A stretch of 64,000 nt of DNA from a bacterium (GTDB taxonomy: Bacteria; UBA8248). Of the stretch, positions 27,016-36,541 are shown piece after piece. The DNA lies in the NCBI GenBank assembly GCA_965199855.1, contig OZ241326.1:96001-160000 (forward strand), written 5' to 3'. Position 1 is the stretch's first letter; every line of letters begins with the position of its first letter. The notes beneath the pieces were generated by a model. It saw nothing but the letters and a program-made list of their open reading frames with translations. It was not told the DNA's origin and did not search any database. The position numbers and the translations under genes were made by a program.

Positions 27016-27801
27016 TCAGACCATCCAGGCGCCGCCCGCGAGGAGCAGCCCCTGCCCCGTCACGTTGCGGCTCTCGTCGCTCGCCAGATACACCGCCATG
27101 TGGCCCACGTCGTCGGGCGTCTGCTCGCGGCCCAGGGGAACCGCCGCCTCCACGAACTCGTCGAACACCCGCCGGGCGGGCCTGTCCGTCTCTTCGCCGA
27201 TGATGACCCCGTGCCCCTTCTCCCAGAGGTTCGTCCACAGAAGCCCCGGGTTGATCGCGTTGACGTTCACGTTGTAGGGCGCCATCTCCTTGGCGAGGCT
27301 CATGGTGAAGTTCATGCACGCCGCCTTCGAGGCGCAGTAGTGCGGGACGTTCTCGTTCGCGCGCCGCGCGGCGAGCGAGGCCAGGTTGATGATTTTTCCG
27401 TATTCGCGCCCGCGCATGTGGGAGGCGACCGCCCGGCACATCAGGAACACGCCCGTCGAGTTCACGGTGAAGACGGCGTTCCACTCCTCGAGCGTGATTC
27501 TGTCAATCGGGTTTCCCATCAGCCCGGACGCCCTGCCGTGGCAGTTCACCAGAATGTCGATATGCCCCATCCGCTCGATGGCCGTCCGCGCGACCCTCTC
27601 CGCGTCCTCCTCGCTCGTCACGTCCGCCCCGAGGGCGAAATGCGCCCCCTCGCCCGCGTCGTCGAGCCCCCTCCGCGCCACCTCCTCGCTCACGTCAACC
27701 ACGCAGATTCGCGCCCCCTCGCGGGAGAAGGCGCGGATGATGCCCCGGCCGATTCCGCCGCCTCCCCCCGTGACCACCGCCGTTTTCCCTTCCAAGCGCA
27801 T
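27016..27801 (-). CDS. SDR family oxidoreductase
   Basis: TGGGGGIG, YCASK, VNAINPG. Confidence 0.88.
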   Translation of the reverse strand: MRLEGKTAVVTGGGGGIGRGIIRAFSREGARICVVDVSEEVARRGLDDAGEGAHFALGADVTSEEDAERVARTAIERMGHIDILVNCHGRASGLMGNPIDRITLEEWNAVFTVNSTGVFLMCRAVASHMRGREYGKIINLASLAARRANENVPHYCASKAACMNFTMSLAKEMAPYNVNVNAINPGLLWTNLWEKGHGVIIGEETDRPARRVFDEFVEAAVPLGREQTPDDVGHMAVYLASDESRNVTGQGLLLAGGAWMV

Positions 27802-28019
27802 CAAGGTCTCCTCCGCAATGAAGAACCGTTCGCCCAACCATGAAACCTCCCTTCGGATTGTAGCAGGAACGCGGCGGAGCGGGCATCCCCGCCCCGGCGC
27901 GCCCGCCCCGCCCGGGTTTTCCCCGCGGGGGGAGAGTGATATTCTCCCTCCGCTTCAGACGCACCGGAGAAGCGGCGCGCGGGCCGCGGGAGAGCCTCGA
28001 ACAGCGACGGGAGAGAGAA

Positions 28020-28454
28020 ATGGGCCTGATCAAAATGACGAAGGAATCCATCGACGTAGGCATCGTGGTGAAGGATCTGGAGGTCGCCGAGAAGTTCTAC
28101 GGCGGCGCGCTGGGGCTTCCCGTCGTGCGCGAGGTCGAGATCGCCGAAGAGAAGGCCCGGCAGGCGGGCTGCGCCTCGGGCAGGTTCCGCTTCAAGGCGT
28201 TTCAGGCGGGCGAGGTGCAGCTGAAGGTCGTCCAGGCGGACGCTGACCCGCCCGCCGGCGGCGGCGCCATCGACGAATCGACCGGCTACCGCTACCTCAC
28301 CTTCACCGTGGAGAGCGTCCAGGAGGCGCGCGACGCGCTGGCGGCGGCGGGGGCGAAGCTGATGGGGGAGATCACCGAGGTCGTCCCGGGCCGCTTCATC
28401 ATCTTCTTCCAGGACCCCGACGGAAACATGCTGGAGTGCGTCGGTCCCCGGTAG
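28020..28454 (+). CDS. VOC/glyoxalase family protein
   Basis: VGIVVKDLE..FY..LG, FFQDPDGNMLE. Confidence 0.85.
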   Translation: MGLIKMTKESIDVGIVVKDLEVAEKFYGGALGLPVVREVEIAEEKARQAGCASGRFRFKAFQAGEVQLKVVQADADPPAGGGAIDESTGYRYLTFTVESVQEARDALAAAGAKLMGEITEVVPGRFIIFFQDPDGNMLECVGPR

Positions 28455-28500
28455 GCGGGGACGCTCTCGGAGCATCGCGCCGCCCGGCCGGAGCCTCGGG

Positions 28501-29148
28501 ATGTTCGGGCTTCTCCAGGAGTATCTGGCGGAATTCACCTACGTCGGAATCTTCCTCGTCCTCCTGCTCTGCGGCCTGGGGCTGCCGCTGCCCGAGGACG
28601 TTCCCATCATCCTGTCGGGCTATCTGGCGCATCTGGGCGCGGTGGAGTTCTGGCCCGCCCTCGCCGCGAACCTCCTGGGCATCATGGCCGGCGACCTCGC
28701 CACATACGGCCTGGGCTACTGGATGGGCCCCAGGGCGCTGGAGCACCCCCTTCTGCGCCCCGTGATGACGCGGGCGCGCATGGAGAAGGTGCGGCGCTTC
28801 TTCGACAGGCACGGCAAGAAGGCCATCTTCCTGGGCCGCTTCGTCACGGGGCTTCGCGCCCCCCTGTTCCTGGCGGCGGGCGTCACCCGGCTTCCGGCGC
28901 GCGTCTTCGCGGGCATGGACCTCGCCGCGGCGCTCCTGAGCGCGCCCCTGCTGTTCACGGCGGCCTGGTGGTTCGGAGACGGCATCGACGCCTTCCGGGA
29001 GGCGGCGGGAACGGGCAAGGCCGTCCTCATCCTCGCGCTGGGCGCAGGCTGCGCCTGGCTCGCCGGCAGGGCCCTGCGGCGAAAATGGAGGGCGCGCGCC
29101 TCCCGCCCCGCCTCAGGCCGGGGCCGCGGGCGGGACGCCCCGCCCTGA
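28501..29148 (+). CDS. DedA family membrane protein
   Basis: GLPLPED, GDLATYGLG, LGRFVTGLR. Confidence 0.9.
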   Translation: MFGLLQEYLAEFTYVGIFLVLLLCGLGLPLPEDVPIILSGYLAHLGAVEFWPALAANLLGIMAGDLATYGLGYWMGPRALEHPLLRPVMTRARMEKVRRFFDRHGKKAIFLGRFVTGLRAPLFLAAGVTRLPARVFAGMDLAAALLSAPLLFTAAWWFGDGIDAFREAAGTGKAVLILALGAGCAWLAGRALRRKWRARASRPASGRGRGRDAPP

Positions 29149-30063
29149 CGCGCCGACGGCCTGGATTTCATGCGCGCCGCGCGGGTCGATTCTGAGCACG
29201 TACATGCGGCACCCGATGCCGCGGGCGCGATAGACGCCGCGCATCGCGCTGCCCACCCTGCCGGGCTCCTCGCCGCAAATCGCCAGAACGCAGGGGCCCG
29301 CCCCGCTCACGCACGCCCCCAGCGCGCCGGCGTCGTAGGCCGCCCGGAATACCTCCTCCAGCGGGCCCATCAGCTCCGCGCGGTAGGGCTGGTGCAGCCT
29401 GTCCTGCATGGCGTCGCGGAAGAGCTCGTCGCGCCCGGCGGCGAACGCCGCCATGAGCGCGCCCACCCGCTGCACGTTGAAGATCGCGTCGCCCAGGGAA
29501 ACCCGCTCGGGCAGCTTCTCCCTCGCCTCGCGCGTGCTCACCTCGAAGTCGGGAATGGCGATGACCCACCGGTAGCGCTCCACCACGGGCATCCGCGTGT
29601 AGATGGTCCTGCCGTCGGAGGCGGTCGCCGAGACGCAGAACCCCCCCATCAGCGCGGGCACCACGTTGTCGGGATGCCCCTCCATCTCGACGGCGAGCTG
29701 GACGAGCTCGTCCATGCCGAGCGGGGCGCCGAGCAGGACGTTCGCCCCCACGATTCCGCCCACGATGGCGGCCGAGCTGCTCCCCAGCCCGCGCGCGAGG
29801 GGAATGTGGTTGCGCTGCTTCATCCACAGGCCGGTGAAGGGGCGGTTCGCCCGCTCATACACGCGCTTCACGGCCTGCACGCAGACGTTCGACTCGTCCC
29901 TGGGAATGACGCCGCGGCCCTCTCCCTCCACCTCGACGGCGACGCCCCAGGGGAGGCTGTCGAGCTCCACGCGGTTGTAGATGCGAAGCGCGACCCCCAG
30001 GGCGTCGAAGCCCGGACCCAGATTCGTCGTGCTCGCCGGAACCTGCACGCGCGCCAAAGCCAA
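29113..30063 (-). CDS. thrB: Homoserine kinase
   Basis: VPASTTNLGPGFD, PLARGLGSS, EGHPDN, DRLHQPYR, SGAGP. Confidence 0.95.
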   Translation of the reverse strand: MALARVQVPASTTNLGPGFDALGVALRIYNRVELDSLPWGVAVEVEGEGRGVIPRDESNVCVQAVKRVYERANRPFTGLWMKQRNHIPLARGLGSSSAAIVGGIVGANVLLGAPLGMDELVQLAVEMEGHPDNVVPALMGGFCVSATASDGRTIYTRMPVVERYRWVIAIPDFEVSTREAREKLPERVSLGDAIFNVQRVGALMAAFAAGRDELFRDAMQDRLHQPYRAELMGPLEEVFRAAYDAGALGACVSGAGPCVLAICGEEPGRVGSAMRGVYRARGIGCRMYVLRIDPRGAHEIQAVGASGRGVPPAAPA

Positions 30064-30085
30064 AGCGATCTCCCCGGAAGCCGGG

Positions 30086-30667
30086 TCAGCCGGAGCGAAC
30101 GTCCCCGGAGCGGGCGAAGGCGCAGCCCGCCCGCCTCATCTCCTCGAGGGCGCGCTCGCCGTCCCCGGGCCGGAGGTTCACCGCGCGGACGACGTCCTCC
30201 ACCACCACGACGCCGAAGCCCTCCCGCCTGGCGTCGAGCGCGGTGGCCTTGACGCAGTAGTCCGTCGCCAGCCCGCAGACGAAAAGGCGCTCCACGCCCA
30301 TCTCCCGCAAATCCGCCGCGAGCGGGGAGCCGTCGAAGCCGGAATACGCCTCGGCGTCGGCGTCCCGGGCCTTCGAGACGACCATCTCCACGCGCGAGGC
30401 GCGCATCCGCGGATGGAAGGCGGCGCCCGGCGTTCCCGCCACGCAGTGAGGGGGCCATGCGCCGCCCCGGGCCTGAAACGACACGTGATTCGCCGGGTGC
30501 CAGTCGCGCGTCGCCGCCCGGCGCCAGGCGGAAATCTCCAGAAGCGCGTTCACCGGCGCGACGATCGCGTCCCCGTCGGCCACGGCGAGCGCGCCGCCCG
30601 GGCAGAAATCCACCTGCAAATCCACGACGAGGAGGGCGTCGCCCGCCCCCGGGGTATGCGTCGGCAT
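30086..30667 (-). CDS. pncA: Nicotinamidase/pyrazinamidase
   Basis: VDLQVDFCPGGAL, DWHP, WPPHCV, GLATDYCV. Confidence 0.92.
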   Translation of the reverse strand: MPTHTPGAGDALLVVDLQVDFCPGGALAVADGDAIVAPVNALLEISAWRRAATRDWHPANHVSFQARGGAWPPHCVAGTPGAAFHPRMRASRVEMVVSKARDADAEAYSGFDGSPLAADLREMGVERLFVCGLATDYCVKATALDARREGFGVVVVEDVVRAVNLRPGDGERALEEMRRAGCAFARSGDVRSG

Positions 30668-30683
30668 CGCTGAGCCGCCTCCC

Positions 30684-31514
30684 CTATTCCGCCGCCTTCA
30701 GCTTCAGGCGGCGCGGCGCGCCCTCGCCGTCCCGGCGGACGGAAACCTCCACGCCCGAAGGATGCGCCAGAAAAACGCTCTCGAAAACCCCTACAGTCCC
30801 GACCGCGCGTCCTCCCGCTTCGAGGATCACGTCTCCCCGGCGAAGCCCGGCGCGCGCCGCCGGCGCGTCCTCGCGCACCTGGGAGACGAGAAGCCCCCTC
30901 CCCGCCTCGCCCCCGAAGAAGCGCGCGAGGGCGGGCGTCATCCTCTGGAGGACGACGCCCAGCTTCCGCCTGTGGGCGTATTCGCGCGCGGCCGGAACGC
31001 CCGCCTTCATCACGTCCGGCTTCACGTATATCGGAGACTTCACCCGCAGCGCCAGGGCGATGGCGTCCGAGGGGCGGCTGTCCACCGAAAGCCTCCCGCC
31101 CGCCGCCCTCATCTCGATGAACGCGAAATACGTGCCGCCCCTGAGCTCCGTGATGACCACCCGCAGAACCCTGGCTTTGAGGCCGCCGATGATGCTGCGC
31201 ATCAAATCGTGCGTCATCGGCCTGGGCGGGGCGGCCTTCCCGAGCGCCATGAGAATCGCCTGCGCCTCCGCCGGGCCGATCCATATCGGCAAAAGGGCGC
31301 CGCTCGCCTTCTCCTCCAGCAGCACGACGGGCTGGCCGCTGCTCTGATCCGCCACGACGCCCTTCACCCCCACGAGGCGAAGGTCGGGGGACGCCGCCCG
31401 CGCGGGCCGCCCAAGAAGGCACAGGAAAGCGAGAAGAAGGCCGAAGGCGGCGACACATCCGGCGCGCGTAAAATACGCCGTCCCCGGACCGAAAACAGGG
31501 CGCTCACGCCGCAT
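30684..31514 (-). CDS. Bifunctional nuclease (DUF151) domain plus C-terminal PDZ domain, with N-terminal signal-like peptide
   Basis: LPIWIG..EA, RPMTHDL, DSRPSDAIALA; PDZ LLVSQV..PAARAGLRRGDVI. Confidence 0.82.
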   Translation of the reverse strand: MRRERPVFGPGTAYFTRAGCVAAFGLLLAFLCLLGRPARAASPDLRLVGVKGVVADQSSGQPVVLLEEKASGALLPIWIGPAEAQAILMALGKAAPPRPMTHDLMRSIIGGLKARVLRVVITELRGGTYFAFIEMRAAGGRLSVDSRPSDAIALALRVKSPIYVKPDVMKAGVPAAREYAHRRKLGVVLQRMTPALARFFGGEAGRGLLVSQVREDAPAARAGLRRGDVILEAGGRAVGTVGVFESVFLAHPSGVEVSVRRDGEGAPRRLKLKAAE

Positions 31515-31564
31515 GGCTTCGATCCCCCCTCCCCGCGCCGGCCGGCGCTTCCGGCGGCCGCGCG

Positions 31565-31996
31565 CTAGCGAGCCTGAAACGCGCATTCCGGAATCGGCGT
31601 ATCCACCCGCTGGCCCGGCCGCTCCTCCACCTTGGTCTCGTATATCCCGTCGCAGTCGGTGTCGAGAAGCGTCATGTCGTAGGGATACCTGCCGTCCTCG
31701 TCCACGTTGATGGCGAAAATCCGGCCGTTGATGGAGATCGTCTCGAACTGGAACTTCCACTCGTCGAGATACTGCTTGATGAGGGTCTCCTCGCCGGGAA
31801 TGCGCCTGGTGAGATCGCGCCGGACCCAGCCCAGAAAGCGGGCGCGTCCGAGCTCGGGCGCGTCGAAGCCCTCGGGCCGCTTCTCGACGGGGCCCTTCCG
31901 CGGCGGCGCGGGGGCGGCGAGGGCGGCCGCCGCGCCCGCGAGCACCGCCGCCAGCAGAAAGAAAGCGCAGATTCGCCAGGGGGTCATGGGAATCAT
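31565..31996 (-). CDS. Secreted hypothetical protein
   Basis: Signal peptide; DTDCDG motif; GC3-biased codons. Confidence 0.65.
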   Translation of the reverse strand: MIPMTPWRICAFFLLAAVLAGAAAALAAPAPPRKGPVEKRPEGFDAPELGRARFLGWVRRDLTRRIPGEETLIKQYLDEWKFQFETISINGRIFAINVDEDGRYPYDMTLLDTDCDGIYETKVEERPGQRVDTPIPECAFQAR

Positions 31997-32121
31997 CCTC
32001 GGCGCCGCCCCGAAGGCGGACGGAAAATCGAACCGGGCGCGCGCGCCCGAAAGCGAGATTAACACCCGAAGCGTCCCGCGTTCAAGAGAGGCGCGGGACG
32101 CCGCGATTTCTCCCGCGGCCT

Positions 32122-32149
32122 TTGACTTTTCGGACGGGCGGACTATGCT
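32122..32149 (+). promoter_or_regulatory. sigma70-like promoter of the cupin/MmgE operon
   Basis: TTGACT-16-TATGCT. Confidence 0.5.
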
Positions 32150-32241
32150 TTCCGCGCGGCGAAACCGCCGACCGAACGGCCCGGCCTTCGGCGCGCGCCG
32201 AAGGAGCGGCCGGGGCGAACGCTTCCCGGGGAGAGGCTTCC

Positions 32242-32595
32242 ATGACGACGCGGACGAGAAAGGCGCGGCTCATCCGGCCGGAGGAGCGCGAATCGGAGGG
32301 CATGGCGGGCGGGGCGAGCCACAGGGCCATCGTATCGAAGGCGGCCGACGGGGTGGACCTCACCGTCTATTATTCGCGCATCCAGCCGGGGCAGACGCAC
32401 GACTGGCACCATCACGAGGAGGACGAGGTCATCTTCTGCGTGAGCGGAACGGGGAGATACGACCTGGAGGACGGCGAGATCAGCTACGGCGCCGGGGAGT
32501 TCATCTTCATGCCCCGGGGGACGCGCCACTGCAACAACTGCGTGGGCGAGGAAGACGTGATGCTGGTGGCCATCTTCCAGCCGGGCCGCGCCTGA
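32242..32595 (+). CDS. Cupin domain protein
   Basis: HHH..DE..SG..G..PRGTRH. Confidence 0.88.
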   Translation: MTTRTRKARLIRPEERESEGMAGGASHRAIVSKAADGVDLTVYYSRIQPGQTHDWHHHEEDEVIFCVSGTGRYDLEDGEISYGAGEFIFMPRGTRHCNNCVGEEDVMLVAIFQPGRA

Positions 32596-32613
32596 GCGCG
32601 CCGGGAGACGAAG

Positions 32614-34047
32614 ATGGACGCCATGCGCAGCGTCATCCGGCACTACGCGAGCCTCCGGTATGAGGATCTGCCGGCGGAGGCCGTCCAGGCGGCGAAGAGC
32701 CTCGTTCTCGACGCGCTCGCCTGCGCCCTGGCCGGCTCCTCCGCCCCCCTGAACCCCGAAATCGTGGAGCGCCACGCCCGCTGGGGCGGCGCGCCCGAAG
32801 CCTCCGTTCTCGCCTTCGGCCGCCGCCTGCCCGCGCCGACGGCGGCTTGGCTGAACGCCGCCATGATTCACGCGAACGACTTCGACGACACCGAGGACGC
32901 GACCCAGAACCACGTGTTCGTGACGATTCTCCCCGCCTTCCTGGCGGCCGCCGAGAGCCGCGGGCGCGCCGTGACGGGGCGCGAGGCCATCGCGGCGCTG
33001 GCGGGGGCGGCGGACGCCGCCCTGAGGCTGAACGCCGTCGTCCACCGCAGCATCCACCCGGGCTGGCTGCCCACGACGGTGTTCGGCGCGATCTCCTCCG
33101 CCATGGCCGCCGCCCGCGCCCTGGGGCTGGACGAGGAGGGCGTCGCCGACGCGGCCGGGCTCGGCTACGCCCAGTCGCACGGAAACCGCCAGGCGCTGCT
33201 CGACGGCTCCCTCGCCAAGCGCCTTCAGCCCGCCTTCAGCGCGCGGGCGGGCGCGCACGCGGCGGCGCTCGCCGAGGCCGGCGTCACCGGCCCCAGGCGC
33301 ATCGTCGAAGGGGCGGACGGCCTCATCGCCCTCTACGGCGGCGGCGAGGGAGACCCGGACGCCCTCACGAGGGGCCTCGGCGAGGAGTGCCTCGTCTCCC
33401 GCGTCGGCGTGAAGCCCTACCCGAGCTGCCGGGCTTCGCATCCCCACATCAGCGCGGCGCTCGAGGCGCGCGGGCGGCTCGGCCGCTTCGGGGCGGAGGA
33501 CGTGGAAAGCGCGGAGGTCTGGGCCACGCCCGTCGGCCATTCGATGATAGGCCAGCCCTTCCGAATCAGACGAAACCCCCAGGTGGACGCGCAGTTCAGC
33601 GCGCAGTGGACGACCGCCCTCGCCCTGCTGCGGGGAACGCCGCGCCTGGAGCGCTTCGCGCCCGAGGCCGTCGTCTCGGACGAGGAGGTGGCCGGGCTCG
33701 CGCGGAGAATAAAGGTGTCCGTCTGGGAGGAGGGCAGCCTGCTGCTCGCGCCCGTGCGCCTCTCGGTCGCGCTGAAGGACGGACGGCGCGCCGACGTGAC
33801 GCACGCGAGAATCAAGGGCTCTCCCGAATGGCCCATGACGGAGGAGGAGCGGCGGGACAAATTCTCCTCCTGCGCCGGGGCGGCGGCGCGCCCGCTCGAC
33901 CCCGAAGCCCTCGAGCGCGCCTTCGGGGCGCTCTCCGCGCTCGAGGACTGCGGCGACCTCCGGCCGGTTCTCGCCGACCTCTCGGCAACGAAGCGTTCCG
34001 TCCCCGCGCGGAGCCTCGCGCCGGCCCCAGCCGCCCCCCGCCCATGA
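32614..34047 (+). CDS. MmgE/PrpD family protein
   Basis: HANDFDD, GW.PT, KPYPSC..H, AQFS. Confidence 0.9.
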   Translation: MDAMRSVIRHYASLRYEDLPAEAVQAAKSLVLDALACALAGSSAPLNPEIVERHARWGGAPEASVLAFGRRLPAPTAAWLNAAMIHANDFDDTEDATQNHVFVTILPAFLAAAESRGRAVTGREAIAALAGAADAALRLNAVVHRSIHPGWLPTTVFGAISSAMAAARALGLDEEGVADAAGLGYAQSHGNRQALLDGSLAKRLQPAFSARAGAHAAALAEAGVTGPRRIVEGADGLIALYGGGEGDPDALTRGLGEECLVSRVGVKPYPSCRASHPHISAALEARGRLGRFGAEDVESAEVWATPVGHSMIGQPFRIRRNPQVDAQFSAQWTTALALLRGTPRLERFAPEAVVSDEEVAGLARRIKVSVWEEGSLLLAPVRLSVALKDGRRADVTHARIKGSPEWPMTEEERRDKFSSCAGAAARPLDPEALERAFGALSALEDCGDLRPVLADLSATKRSVPARSLAPAPAAPRP

Positions 34048-35627
34048 GCCGCGAGAGCCCGCCGGCCATCGACCCGGGCGGGGACGTCGCCTGGGCGGCG
34101 GCCAGATACGCACGGCGCGAGGCGGTGGTGGACGGCGATCGCCGCCTGAGCTTCGCCGACGTATACGAGCGCGGCAAGCGGGGGGCGAACGCGCTCCTCG
34201 CGGGCGGCCTGGCGCCGGGGGATCGCGTCGCCAAGCTGATGCGCAACCGCGCGGAGCTCATCGAGCTGGGCTTCGCCGCCGCGATGGCCGGGGGCTGCTC
34301 CATGAACCTGCACGGACGAAACACGCTCGAAGATCACGTCCACATGCTGAACGACTCGGGCGCCGCCTTCCTCTTCCTGGACGAGAACCACAAGGAGCAC
34401 GCCGAGGCCCTCGGCCGCGAGTGCCCGGGGCTGCGCCGCATTTTCGCCGTGGGGTGGGAGGGCGGCGCCTGCCCCCCCTACGAGGAGTGGCTGAGGAAGG
34501 GCGCGGCCTCGGCGCCCAGGGTGGTCGTCGAGCCCGATTCCCTCTTCCATCTGCACTACACCTCGGGCACGACCGGCCGGGCCAAGGCGGTCGTCAACAC
34601 CCACCGGACGCACCGCGCGTGGCTGGCGAAATTCTTCCGAAACCTCGACTACCGGCTGGGCGCGGAGGACTCCATGCTCCACGCCGGCCCGATGACCCAC
34701 GCGTCGTTCAACTTCATCGAGACCACCTTCCTGCGCGGGGCGCGAAACCTCGTCATGCCCCGGTTCGAGCCCGATCTCTTCTTCGACCTGACGAAGCGCG
34801 AGCGGGCGACGACCACCCACGTCGTTCCCACAGTGGTGCGGAGGCTGCTCGAGAGCGAAAAATTCGCGGAGGCGGACCTCTCCAGCCTGCACACCATCAC
34901 CTACGGCACGGCGCCCATCTCGGAGGACCTCCTGCGGGAGGCCGTCGAGCGCATCGGCCCCGTATTCCGGCAGACCTACGGGCTGACGGAGGCGCGCCAG
35001 CCCATCGCCATTCTCGATTCCCGGGATCACGCCGCGGACGGAACGCCCGCGCAGCGCCGCCGCCTCGCCTCGTGCGGGCGGGTCGCCGCGGGCGTCGAAC
35101 TCGCGCTTCTCGACGACGCGGATCGGCCCGCCGCCCCGGGCGAGCCGGGGGAAATCTGCGTCCGGGGGGACTACGCCATGGCGCGCTACTGGAAGAACCC
35201 CGAAGCGACGGCGGAGACGATGCGGGGCGGCTGGGTCCGCACCGGGGACGTCGCCTTCGCCGACGAGGAGGGGTATCTCTACATCATGGATCGCAAGAAT
35301 GACCTGATCATCACGGGCGGGTTCAACGTGTATCCCTCGGAGGTGGAGCGCGTCCTCTGCCTCCACCCCGACGTCCGGGAGGCCGTGGTGATCGGCGCGC
35401 CCGACGAGCAGTGGGGCGAGGCCGTCCACGCGATGGTCGTCCCCCGCCCCGGGGCGTCTCCCGCCCCCGCGGACATCATCGCCTTCGCGCACGGGCGCAT
35501 CGCCGGCTACAAGAAGCCGAAGCGCGTCGAATTCCTGAGCGAAATTCCCAGGAACTCGCGGGGGAAGGCGCTCAGGCGCAAGATTCGGGAACAGCGCCGG
35601 GAGGACGGAGCGCCCGGCGCGAACTGA
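34044..35627 (+). CDS. AMP-binding acyl-CoA synthetase
   Basis: YTSGTTG, YGLTE, TGD, DRKNDLIITGGFNVYP. Confidence 0.9.
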   Translation: MSRESPPAIDPGGDVAWAAARYARREAVVDGDRRLSFADVYERGKRGANALLAGGLAPGDRVAKLMRNRAELIELGFAAAMAGGCSMNLHGRNTLEDHVHMLNDSGAAFLFLDENHKEHAEALGRECPGLRRIFAVGWEGGACPPYEEWLRKGAASAPRVVVEPDSLFHLHYTSGTTGRAKAVVNTHRTHRAWLAKFFRNLDYRLGAEDSMLHAGPMTHASFNFIETTFLRGARNLVMPRFEPDLFFDLTKRERATTTHVVPTVVRRLLESEKFAEADLSSLHTITYGTAPISEDLLREAVERIGPVFRQTYGLTEARQPIAILDSRDHAADGTPAQRRRLASCGRVAAGVELALLDDADRPAAPGEPGEICVRGDYAMARYWKNPEATAETMRGGWVRTGDVAFADEEGYLYIMDRKNDLIITGGFNVYPSEVERVLCLHPDVREAVVIGAPDEQWGEAVHAMVVPRPGASPAPADIIAFAHGRIAGYKKPKRVEFLSEIPRNSRGKALRRKIREQRREDGAPGAN

Positions 35628-35696
35628 CGGAGCGGGGCCGCATCCTTCCCGATCGCCCCGGGCGATCGTCCACCACCTCCACGCGGGAGAGGAGAC

Positions 35697-36478
35697 ATGG
35701 ACCTCACGCGGGAGTTCGGACTGGAGACCGTGAAATACCGGAAGGAGAACCGCATCGCCTACGTCACCCTGAACCGGCCCGACAAGCCGAACCCGCTCAG
35801 CTACGCCACGGTGAGCGAGCTGCTCAAATGCTGGGAGGACGTGCACGGCGACCCGGAGGCGTGGGCGGCGATCCTCGCGGGCGAGGGGAAGTCCTTCTGC
35901 TCCGGGTGGGATCAGAACCTCGAAGAGGACGAGCTCAAAAAGGCGCCGTCCGCCCCTAGGGCATCCTCTAGTGCGACCTGGACTGGGTGAGGAAGCCCGT
36001 CATCTGCGCGGCGCAGGGCTACGCCACCGGCGGCGGCATGAGCCTCTTTCTCGGCGCGGACGTCCGCGTGGTCTCCGAGAACGCCAAGATCGGATACTCC
36101 CAGCCGAAAATCGGCATCAGCAGCATCGGGAGCGCCATGCGCCTCCCCGCGGCCATTCCCGGACTCGCCAGATGGTATATGCTGTCGGGCGAGCTGATGG
36201 ACGCGCGGGAGGTCTATCGTCTGGGCCTCGGGGTGAAAATCGCCAGGAACGGGGAGCTCCTCGACGCGGCGACCGCCACGGCGAACCAGATCATCGAATG
36301 CTCGCCGATGTCGGCGCAGCACACCAAGGAGGAGCTCGCCGTCGCCGCCAACGTGTCCATGTACGAGGGCTACAGGCTCTGCCGGCCCATTATGAACCGC
36401 TTCTACCAGACGGAAGACTGCCGGGAGGGCAAGACCGCCTTCATGGAGAAGCGAAAGCCCGAGTGGAAGAACTGCTGA
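35697..36478 (+). pseudogene. Enoyl-CoA hydratase/isomerase family, disrupted (frameshift near 35940 plus two in-frame TAG)
   Basis: TLNRPDKPN, FCSGWD in the first frame; KPVICAAQG..GGG, EGKTAFMEKRKP in the second frame, which has TAG at 35957 and 35969. Confidence 0.78.
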
Positions 36479-36541
36479 GCCGCGCCCCGCGGCGGGCGGG
36501 AGAGGGCGCGCGCCTCTCCTTCCGGGGCCGGGGGAGGGCGC

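Noticed and set aside
35957-35971. Pyrrolysine/amber recoding
   Set aside because: TAG is a normal stop for many genes in the window, no pyl genes are seen, and a frameshift is adjacent.
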